23,177 nucleotides of DNA. It comes from an uncultured Bdellovibrio sp. GTDB taxonomy: Bacteria; Bdellovibrionota; Bdellovibrionia; Bdellovibrionales; Bdellovibrionaceae. The position numbers and the translations under genes are program-made. Under the pieces are notes generated by a model. It was given only the letters and a program-made list of their open reading frames with translations. It ran no database searches and was not told the DNA's origin. Of the stretch, positions 10,316-18,140 are shown piece by piece (position 1 is the first letter of the stretch; every line of letters begins with the position of its first letter). Location of the stretch: the NCBI GenBank assembly GCA_963932905.1, contig CAWVRN010000042.1, forward strand, positions 1 to 23,177, given 5' to 3'.

Positions 10316-11902
10316 TTATGCAGATCGTTTTAATCCCCAAACCTGAGCCAGCTTAGTGGCAACTTCATCTAAGGGGACTTGCCACTGACTGGCTCCTGAT
10401 TCCCACGCCGATTTCGGCATTCCATATACAACGCAGGTCTCTTCGTCCTGAGTAAAGGTGAGTGAGCCTTTTTCTTTCATCTTAAGCATGCCACTTGTTC
10501 CATCGGAACCCATACCTGTTAAGATTACTCCAATCGCATTTTTTCCAATCGCTTCTGCTACCGATTGAAAGAGATAGTCAACCGAAGGTTTGTGACGGGT
10601 CATGGGAGGATCGTCGTTCACCTCTACAAATAGTCCCGAAGGTTTCTTTATAATTTTCATTTGCTGCCCACCAGGTGCAATGAGTACGCGATTCGAATGT
10701 AGGGCATCGCCCGACTCAGCTTCTTTTACTTCAAAGGGGCAGAGAGAGTTCATTCTGTCTGCGAAAGCTCTAGAAAAAACGGGTGGAATATGCTGAACGA
10801 TAACGATCGGTGGGATATTTTTTGGCAATGCAGTCAGAACTTCTTTGAGTGCCTCAGTGCCTCCCGTGGAAGAGCCAATTGCGATAACAACATTGGGATC
10901 AAAGGACTGATTCAAAATTCCAGAGGGAACAAACTTCTTTATTTGTTTAGGTATTCTAACTCTTGCAGAGGCGGCATTAATTACTTTCTCTCGAATAAGG
11001 GGGGCAGCTGAACTGATATCAGATAGCGATGGTTTTTGAATGTAATCGACAGCTCCTAGTTCCATCGCTTCAAACACCTCATTGCCATCTTTTAATTCCA
11101 AAGATGTAATCATGACAACCGGCAGTTTGTATTTTGGAACCAGTGTCTTTAACCACTGGACACCAGTCATTCTAGGCATATGCACATCAAGAGTAATGAC
11201 ATCCGGCTTAGTCGTTGGCAGTAATAACTCGGCCTTAAGTGGATCTTCGGCTTGACCTACGACTTCTATATTGGAGTCTTGACCCAAAACTTTGGTTAAC
11301 AGGTCACGAATAGTTTTCGAGTCATCTACAATTAAAACGCGCAGTTTTCGTGTCGATTTAGTCGTGCCGGAATTAGAGAAAGAAGTCATCTTCTTATTTG
11401 GTAGGCTAATTGCTTTTGCCGCTGATGGCCTAGAGAAGCCCGGCCCAACAAGTGCGACTTGTAAACGTCCGGTTTGGACGTGAAATAGAATTTTACGGCC
11501 CCGGGTTCCCCCTACATCTTCACCAACAATAGGGATCTTGTGCTTGGAAAGCATTTTCTTGGCCATTTTTACGTTTTCAGCGCCGACATGTTGAGACGGG
11601 TGTTCTGATGCTATATTGTTGGCACCCCCAACAAGTTTTGCTTTGAGTTGATGGCTTTTTACGTCCAGGTGATGGCAAACTTCTAAAATCAATTGTTCTA
11701 TGGCATAGTCGCCATAGCGCAATGGATTGTCGATTGAATTAATTGGAAGTTCAGGAAGCGCGTAATGAATGACCCCACCACCGTTTACTACTTCAGAGAA
11801 AAGACATACTGAAACGCATGAGCCTAGAACTGTACTTACCACGACGGATTCTTTGGATACGACAAGTTCAGCAATATTTAGACTAACGATTTCTTGGCTC
11901 AT
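10316..11902 (-). CDS. cheB: CheD-receiver-CheB fusion (deamidase + response-regulated methylesterase)
   Basis: N-terminal CheD motifs TVLGSCVSVC, IHYALP, AKLVGGA, EDVGGTRGRKI. REC motifs VLIVDDS..ITLDVHMP..KP. Methylesterase triad GSSTGG, VQHIP, LTGMGSDG. ATGA overlap with the cheR stop. Confidence 0.93.
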   Translation of the reverse strand: MSQEIVSLNIAELVVSKESVVVSTVLGSCVSVCLFSEVVNGGGVIHYALPELPINSIDNPLRYGDYAIEQLILEVCHHLDVKSHQLKAKLVGGANNIASEHPSQHVGAENVKMAKKMLSKHKIPIVGEDVGGTRGRKILFHVQTGRLQVALVGPGFSRPSAAKAISLPNKKMTSFSNSGTTKSTRKLRVLIVDDSKTIRDLLTKVLGQDSNIEVVGQAEDPLKAELLLPTTKPDVITLDVHMPRMTGVQWLKTLVPKYKLPVVMITSLELKDGNEVFEAMELGAVDYIQKPSLSDISSAAPLIREKVINAASARVRIPKQIKKFVPSGILNQSFDPNVVIAIGSSTGGTEALKEVLTALPKNIPPIVIVQHIPPVFSRAFADRMNSLCPFEVKEAESGDALHSNRVLIAPGGQQMKIIKKPSGLFVEVNDDPPMTRHKPSVDYLFQSVAEAIGKNAIGVILTGMGSDGTSGMLKMKEKGSLTFTQDEETCVVYGMPKSAWESGASQWQVPLDEVATKLAQVWGLKRSA

Positions 11903-12735
11903 TTTGAGATTTTCCTAAACACCGCGGGTTGAATCGGTCCAAATAAATGCTGTGTTCCTGGAATCGACTCTGAATGTCCGATGAAAAGATGCCCTGGCTG
12001 TTTAAGTGATAAATGCAATTTTTCCATCAGTTTATTTATCGTCTGTCTTTCAAAATAAATAAGGACATTTCGACAAAAAATCAAATCAAAGACTTCGTCA
12101 CCAGGATATGTACTTTCAACTAGGTTATGTGGCTTAAACAAGATTTTTGAGTGGATTTCGTCTGATACTTTGAACCAACCATTCGCCCTGTTTGTTCCTT
12201 TGACTAGGTATGGTTGGTATTCTTCGGGTATCTCGTGAATTTTTGAAATCGGGTAGACTCCGTTTTGAGCTTTTTTTAAGACCTGCGTGTCTATATCTGT
12301 TGCAAGTATTTTAAAAGAGATGTTTTTAGGAAGGTGATTAAGCAATACCATGGCGATAGTATAGGGTTCTTCACCTGTCGAAGAGGCCGAGCACCAAATT
12401 TTGATTTCTGTTTTTCCTTCTTTTTTCCATTGAGGAATGAGGTTGTAAATCAGAAAATCAAAGTGTTTGGGTTCGCGGAAAAAATCAGTTTTATTTGTGG
12501 TTAGCAAGTTAACGAATTGTTGGGTAACCGTCGGGTTGGAATTCATAAGTTCAACTTTTAACTCATCAAGTGAATTAAAAGTTGATTTCCGTAAAAAGGA
12601 TTGAACTCGGGAGCGAACTAACTCCCTTTTTTTTTCAGTTAGATGAATCCCAGCTAACTGGAAGATTTTCTCTTTCAAAAAGAGAAAATCTTCATCCGTA
12701 AATACTTCGACGGTCATAGAATCAATTTTGTTCAC
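11899..12735 (-). CDS. cheR: Chemotaxis methyltransferase CheR
   Basis: TTNKTDFFREPKHF, IWCSASSTGEEPYTIAM, ATDID, FDLIFCRNVLIYF, LFIGHSES. GTG start overlaps the MCP stop (TAGTG). Confidence 0.95.
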   Translation of the reverse strand: MNKIDSMTVEVFTDEDFLFLKEKIFQLAGIHLTEKKRELVRSRVQSFLRKSTFNSLDELKVELMNSNPTVTQQFVNLLTTNKTDFFREPKHFDFLIYNLIPQWKKEGKTEIKIWCSASSTGEEPYTIAMVLLNHLPKNISFKILATDIDTQVLKKAQNGVYPISKIHEIPEEYQPYLVKGTNRANGWFKVSDEIHSKILFKPHNLVESTYPGDEVFDLIFCRNVLIYFERQTINKLMEKLHLSLKQPGHLFIGHSESIPGTQHLFGPIQPAVFRKISK

Positions 12736-14498
12736 TATACGTCTTTAAAGCCATCATCGTCACGATCGGGTGTTGATGAATCATCCCCAGATACTTTTTG
12801 AAGTGACTTTGATTCAAAGCTATTAGATTTTTTAGTCTTCGCTTGAGCCGATTTTATATGCACGATATTTGACTTAGGCATTTTGGTGACTGTCGGAGTC
12901 GGTCGTGGGACAGTAACAGAAGCACTAGAGTTTCGATTTCCAGTAATCACCGCCATAAGATCTTCAACTGAGGCCTTAAGGGATTCGGCTTGGCCAGAAA
13001 GTTCTTCTGCGGCGCTGGCGGCTTCTTCACTTGTTGCCGCATTCTGCTGAGTTACTGTGTCCAGCTGTGACATGGCCTTGTTAATTTCTGAAACGCCAAG
13101 GGCTTGCTCTTTGGATGCCTGAGAAATTTCTTGCGATAGACCAGACACTCTTGAAACATTTTGAACGATTTCATTTAGTACGTCGGAACATTGTTTTGCT
13201 ACGGTTACGCCAGACTCAACTTTTGCTTTGCCAGATTGAACCAAACCTTCAACTTTCTGTTGAGTATCTCTGACAATACCTTCAACTTTGGAAATGCTTG
13301 CATCTAGCATGTCGGTGATTTCCTTAGCAGCGTTTCCTGACATTTGAGCCAGATTTCCTACCTCTTCAGCAACCACTGCGAAACCTTTGCCGTGCTCGCC
13401 AGCTCGGGCGGCTTCAACAGAAGCATTGAAGGATAGTAGTTTGGTTTGAAATACGATTTCGTTAATAACTTTAGTTCTATTGCCAATGTCTTGAATGACT
13501 TTTACTATATCAGACATTTGACGGTTACTTTCGTTGATCTGAGTCAAGATAGCCTCGTTACTTTGGCTTATTTCATCCATAGAAGTGAGCATTTGATCCA
13601 CTGACTCACGTCCTTCTTCTGCTTTTTTGTGAGATTCTGATGAAGTTTCAGATGTATTTTGCGCATTTTCGGTCGCTTTGGAAATCATAGAGGTAATTTC
13701 TTCTAGCGAAGCCGCCGTTTCTTCCAGCGAAGCGGCTTGTTCTGTGCTTGCTTCCGAAAGTTGCTGAGACGAGGACGCTATCTGCGAGCTAGCTGCTGCA
13801 ACTTGGTCTGCGTTCGAAGCTAATTGTTGAGCAACCGCTGTGATGGAGCTTGCTACTTTGGTCGAGAAAATAAAACCTACCATTAGACCTAAAAGTATTC
13901 CTGCTATTGATGTAAAAATAACGAGTTGATTTGTACTCTGCCCAGTTGCTTCCGCGTCTTTAATGTCACGATCGGCCTCTTCGCGATGGAATTTTTCTAA
14001 TTCTTCAATGGCCTCTGTATAGTGTTTTGCGGCTTCCATACAGTCATGCAGGAAAATCTGATTAAGCTGTTCTCTAGCGGACGATGATCCGTCGTCATAA
14101 AGAGCCAAAGCTTTCACTCCTATCTCTTTGAAATGCGACCATGCCTTGTTTACATTTTCGTATTTTTCTTTTTGTCCGGGCAAAAATGGAATTTCCCGAT
14201 ACTCCTTATCTGCGGCTTCATAAGCAGCAATCGAATCTTTTGTGTGTTGAACGTAATATTTAGATTGCTCTTGTGAAAGTCCCGCTAGTCCAAGTAACCT
14301 AAGATTAATTCGAATGGCCCTATAGGTCAGAAACATATCATGTGCTGCGTTTAAACTTGGCATTGAACCATGGGTGACCTTGTCATAAGTAGTTTCCACT
14401 GAGTGTAAACCCCGGTAAGAAATGGATCCTATAACTATACTGACCGATGCCATGAAGGCGCATAGACCTAACAATTTTGCTTTGAAGCTAACGTTCAT
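12735..14498 (-). CDS. Methyl-accepting chemotaxis protein, 2 TM with ~160-aa periplasmic four-helix-bundle-like sensor
   Basis: Two hydrophobic segments. Methylation helices [15 protein letters not shown] and QQNAATSEE. Hairpin tip [38 protein letters not shown]. Confidence 0.95.
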   Translation of the reverse strand: MNVSFKAKLLGLCAFMASVSIVIGSISYRGLHSVETTYDKVTHGSMPSLNAAHDMFLTYRAIRINLRLLGLAGLSQEQSKYYVQHTKDSIAAYEAADKEYREIPFLPGQKEKYENVNKAWSHFKEIGVKALALYDDGSSSAREQLNQIFLHDCMEAAKHYTEAIEELEKFHREEADRDIKDAEATGQSTNQLVIFTSIAGILLGLMVGFIFSTKVASSITAVAQQLASNADQVAAASSQIASSSQQLSEASTEQAASLEETAASLEEITSMISKATENAQNTSETSSESHKKAEEGRESVDQMLTSMDEISQSNEAILTQINESNRQMSDIVKVIQDIGNRTKVINEIVFQTKLLSFNASVEAARAGEHGKGFAVVAEEVGNLAQMSGNAAKEITDMLDASISKVEGIVRDTQQKVEGLVQSGKAKVESGVTVAKQCSDVLNEIVQNVSRVSGLSQEISQASKEQALGVSEINKAMSQLDTVTQQNAATSEEAASAAEELSGQAESLKASVEDLMAVITGNRNSSASVTVPRPTPTVTKMPKSNIVHIKSAQAKTKKSNSFESKSLQKVSGDDSSTPDRDDDGFKDV

Positions 14499-14552
14499 AT
14501 AGAGTCTCCTTAAATTTTTTCGACGTGAGTCGAATTTATTTTCTACCGTAAA

Positions 14553-15398
14553 TTACTTGTCGTCTTCTTCGCCAGAGGCAGCACTTCTGCTCTTTTTCCC
14601 GCGAGACGCAGCCTTAGAGTCATTGAAAATTACGACCGGTTGTCCAAGGCTCCAAAACTCTACTTCGCCAGAAGCCAAATGGTATATACCTTGCGCTAAA
14701 AGAAGGTGATTAAGTTCAAGTGCTTCACGAACAATTTTTGATTTCTTGATAAGTTCTTTAACCGTGGCCGTAACATTGGCCTTAACGGGGCCTTCAAGGG
14801 TCTTGTCATCAGGTGAAATATTTTTAAATGCCGAGATTCCCGGCTTGATTTTGGCAATTAAACTATCAAGGCTGGGTGACCCTGCCGATTTTCCATCTGG
14901 AGTTGTCAAAGCAGCCTTAACCGCTCCGCAGGAATCATGGCCCATTACGACGAGTGCCTTGGCTCCTAAGTGTTCTATTGCATACTCGATACTGGCGATC
15001 GCTTCCGCATTTAAAACATGGCCAGCAAGCCGCACTGTAAATACTTGCCCAAGTCCCTGATCAAATACCTTTTCGGGAGGAACTCTAGAATCAGAGCAAG
15101 AAAGAACAATGACAGGAGGCTGTTGACCCGAGGCTAGTTTTTCTCGTGTTGATTTGTCTTGGTTAGAATTATTTAAGCGTCCTTCAACATATCGTCGGTT
15201 ACCGGCCTGGATTTCTTGGATGGCGGCCCAGCCATCTTTTGAAGATGAGGTTTTTTGATCAGTAGTTCCATGAACTTCCGTTTGCTGTTTAGCAGTCTTT
15301 GTTTCGTGTTTGCTGACTTCAGTTTTTCCCAATGCTCCAAAACTTAAAATCGAGGCGATAAAAAAACCTAAGAAGTTATTTTTTAAATTTGAGTTCAT
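14553..15398 (-). CDS. Beta-class carbonic anhydrase with predicted signal peptide
   Basis: Zn ligands and dyad CSDSRV, GHDSCGAV, plus GNRRY and SIEYAIEHL. ATG at 15398 follows SD GAGGAG (ORF track start 15410). N-terminus MNSNLKNNFLGFFIASILSFGALG looks like a Sec signal. Confidence 0.92.
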   Translation of the reverse strand: MNSNLKNNFLGFFIASILSFGALGKTEVSKHETKTAKQQTEVHGTTDQKTSSSKDGWAAIQEIQAGNRRYVEGRLNNSNQDKSTREKLASGQQPPVIVLSCSDSRVPPEKVFDQGLGQVFTVRLAGHVLNAEAIASIEYAIEHLGAKALVVMGHDSCGAVKAALTTPDGKSAGSPSLDSLIAKIKPGISAFKNISPDDKTLEGPVKANVTATVKELIKKSKIVREALELNHLLLAQGIYHLASGEVEFWSLGQPVVIFNDSKAASRGKKSRSAASGEEDDK

Positions 15399-15406
15399 TT
15401 TTCTCC

Positions 15407-15895
15407 TCACGCGGCCTTCGTTATTTGTGATTTCATGGTTTTCAGGTCATCAGTGTTCAATACTTTTTTTAAATCTATTAAAAGTGTAAGATCTTTTTCA
15501 TGCCTAGCTACCCCAAAAATATAGTCAGCTTTTGTGGAGGAGTCGTGGACTGGGGGTTCGCTGATCATGGAATTTTCAAAACTGGTTACCGAGTTGACGG
15601 AGTCAACGATGACTCCGAGTGATAAGCCATTCAAATCAAGAATGACGATTGTTGTTTCAGGTGTCGTTTCAATTTTTCCAACTTTGAGTTTGATGCGAAG
15701 GTCGATAACGGAAATAACTTGTCCACGTAGATTCATAATGCCCTTAAAGTAAGGGGCTGCTTGCGGAATATTAGTTGTTTCGGTATTGGCGATGACCTCT
15801 TTGACTTGCAACAAAGGCATAGCAAATTTTTCATTTCCTAAAGAGAAACACAGAAACCGACCTGCTGATTCTTGATATTTTTTTTCCTCGTTCAT
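15407..15895 (-). CDS. cheW: Chemotaxis coupling protein CheW
   Basis: FLCFSLGNEKFAMPLLQVKEVI, IPQAAPYFKGIMNLRGQVISVIDL, GVIVDSV. SD GGAG. Confidence 0.95.
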   Translation of the reverse strand: MNEEKKYQESAGRFLCFSLGNEKFAMPLLQVKEVIANTETTNIPQAAPYFKGIMNLRGQVISVIDLRIKLKVGKIETTPETTIVILDLNGLSLGVIVDSVNSVTSFENSMISEPPVHDSSTKADYIFGVARHEKDLTLLIDLKKVLNTDDLKTMKSQITKAA

Positions 15896-15979
15896 TTCTT
15901 AATGCTCCATCGACATTAAAGCCGTACTTAGGTTCAAAATCATGAAAAAGTCCTAATTTTATTTTCTACTCTTACAGAT

Positions 15980-16008
15980 GTTTCGGACCAAAGAACTAAA
16001 ATATTAAG
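15980..16008 (-). promoter_or_regulatory. Putative sigma28(FliA)-like promoter of the che operon
   Basis: Minus strand CTTAA-N16-TCCGAAAC, equivalent to TAAT-N15-TCCGAAAC versus the consensus TAAA-N15-GCCGATAA. Confidence 0.55.
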
Positions 16009-16138
16009 TAAATCTATAGTGAAGATTTCTAAATCTCCGAAACAATCTCAAAATGAGTCATCTAGCCGTAGGTCTGTGATTCCTATTAGGTCCCTATAAC
16101 ACCTTCAATCTCTTCAGAATTCAGCCTATAGTATCTTT

Positions 16139-16828
16139 ATGAGACGTCCCCAAATTCTTGCCATTGATGACGAACCAGCTCTACTAAGAATTATAAAAGA
16201 CTTCTTACATTCAAGCTATGATGTCTCTTTAGTAGAAAACGCGAAAGATGCGTTTGCTTCAATACTAGACAGGAAGCCTGATTTAATACTGATCGATAAT
16301 ATTATGCCGGGGCTTAGTGGTATTGAGTTCGTACGGGAAATTCGTTCAGCGAGTCATACCAGAAATATTCCAATTATAATGGTTACTGCATTAAAAGAGT
16401 CAATTGATCGAATCGATGCTTATAAAGCTGGAGTTGATGATTTTATTTCTAAGCCTTTTAATCCGGACGAACTTCTGGTTCGAGTGGAATCAAAACTGTT
16501 AAGGCAGAAAATAATTGAAAAGCAGCCCACCAAATCTCTGATTTTAGGTAACTTAAAAATAGATTCTAAAAATCACGATTTAAGAATTAATGGTGAATTA
16601 ATTCATTTAACTCAGGTTGAGCTTAAAATTATTGAAAAGTTGATAACTGAGAAAAACCAAATCGTAAAACGCGAAACATTAGAGCGTTTGATATGGCCCG
16701 ACAATATTCCTGAAGCCAGAATTCTAGATATTCACATAACCACTTTAAGAAAAAAAATTAAGAACTTTGATCATAAAATTGAAACAATTTATGGTAAAGG
16801 CTATCTGATTAGGAGTTTAGAAAAATGA
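16139..16828 (+). CDS. OmpR/PhoB-family DNA-binding response regulator
   Basis: REC (ILAIDDE, LILIDNIMPGLSG, KPF) plus winged helix (LTQVE, LDIHITTLRKKI, IETIYGKGY). Confidence 0.93.
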   Translation: MRRPQILAIDDEPALLRIIKDFLHSSYDVSLVENAKDAFASILDRKPDLILIDNIMPGLSGIEFVREIRSASHTRNIPIIMVTALKESIDRIDAYKAGVDDFISKPFNPDELLVRVESKLLRQKIIEKQPTKSLILGNLKIDSKNHDLRINGELIHLTQVELKIIEKLITEKNQIVKRETLERLIWPDNIPEARILDIHITTLRKKIKNFDHKIETIYGKGYLIRSLEK

Positions 16829-18105
16829 CTAGTGTAATCTCGGGCGATCTATATAAAAGTGGTCTGAGCAGTGAAATGCTAGAAGAACACATTATCGAAA
16901 AAATTCTCTCGAAGTTACAGAATGAACGTCAACTAAATAGTATCGAATTGATCGAAGATCTTAAAAAAGACTTGTTGGATCTTAAAATGAAATTTGGGGA
17001 GAGCGAGTTTAAAGCGCGTTATCTAAATACTCGAGAAAAAGCACTGCAACAGTTTATAGATAATTTTCCGTCAATGCTTGGATATTGGAATAAAGAGTTA
17101 ATAAATGTACATTCCAATAAAGCCTATGCTACCTATTTTGGAAAAAGTCCAAGCGAAATCAGAAACCGAAACATATCCGATCTACTTGGTGAAAAGATCT
17201 TCAGTTTAAATTTAAAATATATAAATGGAGTCCTAAACGGTAATCCCCAAACATTTGAACGAGATATTCCAACACCAGATGGACAGATAAAAAGTACTCT
17301 TGCCAATTATATACCCCATTTTCTAGATGATGAAGTAATCGGGTTTTTTGTAATAGTCACAGATATTACCGAGAAAAAACAACTAGAAGAAAAAACGAAA
17401 ACTTTGGAAGCTTCATTGTATGAACAGTCAAGACTTTCTTCAATTGGGCAAATGGCGAGCGGCATCGCTCATGAGATCAATAATCCAGTTTCCATCATCT
17501 ATGGTGATGCGTACCTTGTTTTAAAAGAGTTTAAGAAGGAATCCCCGGATAGGGATTTTATCATTGCGCGTTTGTCAGAAATTGAAAGCACGGCACTCAG
17601 AATCGAAAAAATTGTAGACGGGTTGCAGTCGCTGCATGCAGGTCGTTCAGGAGTCCTAATGTGTCCCAATGTTTTAGCGCAGGTCGTAGATCGTGTTTTA
17701 GCAATTTGTTCCAACCGATTTCTGAGAGCTGGGATTAAAATCATTTGGCATTTGCCAGAAAAAGAAATAGGAGCCCTTTGTAGTGACATTCAGGTTTCAG
17801 AAATAATTTTAAATATTCTAAATAACGCCTTTGATGAAGTAAAAAAAGTTAAAAATGGAGAAGTTGAAATTCGAATTCTGGAGTCAACCGAACACTGCGA
17901 AATTCGAATTTCAAATAACGGACCGATAATTAAAAAAAATGAAAGAGACCATTTGTTTTTACCTTTTTATACTACTAAAGGAAAAAATGGAACTGGGTTG
18001 GGATTGAAAATTTCAAGGGATCTAGCTAGAGCCAATGGGGGAGAACTATGGCTTTCTGAAAATGAAAAAACAGAATTTATTTTATCGCTTCCGGCGCTAA
18101 AATAA
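16825..18105 (+). CDS. Cytoplasmic PAS-domain sensor histidine kinase
   Basis: No TM segment. PAS (NFPSMLGYWNKEL..NKAY..DITEKK). H-box IAHEINNP, NILNNAFD, ISNNGP, PFYTTK, GTGLGL. ATGA overlap with the RR. Confidence 0.93.
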   Translation: MTSVISGDLYKSGLSSEMLEEHIIEKILSKLQNERQLNSIELIEDLKKDLLDLKMKFGESEFKARYLNTREKALQQFIDNFPSMLGYWNKELINVHSNKAYATYFGKSPSEIRNRNISDLLGEKIFSLNLKYINGVLNGNPQTFERDIPTPDGQIKSTLANYIPHFLDDEVIGFFVIVTDITEKKQLEEKTKTLEASLYEQSRLSSIGQMASGIAHEINNPVSIIYGDAYLVLKEFKKESPDRDFIIARLSEIESTALRIEKIVDGLQSLHAGRSGVLMCPNVLAQVVDRVLAICSNRFLRAGIKIIWHLPEKEIGALCSDIQVSEIILNILNNAFDEVKKVKNGEVEIRILESTEHCEIRISNNGPIIKKNERDHLFLPFYTTKGKNGTGLGLKISRDLARANGGELWLSENEKTEFILSLPALK

Positions 18106-18140
18106 ATTCTGACCTGATTTTGTACCTTTTAATTTTCCAA

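Noticed and set aside
8958..11483. Short ORFs antisense to copA and cheD-cheB
   Set aside because: Shadow frames of well-supported genes.
14519..14534. TTCGAC-gtga-GTCGAA hairpin between the CA and MCP genes as a terminator
   Set aside because: Only a 6-bp stem, followed by A rather than U on the coding strand, so it is unlikely to interrupt the operon.
14746..17789. ORFs 14746..15060, 15534..15752 (+) and 17499..17789 (-)
   Set aside because: Antisense shadows of the carbonic anhydrase, cheW and the PAS kinase.
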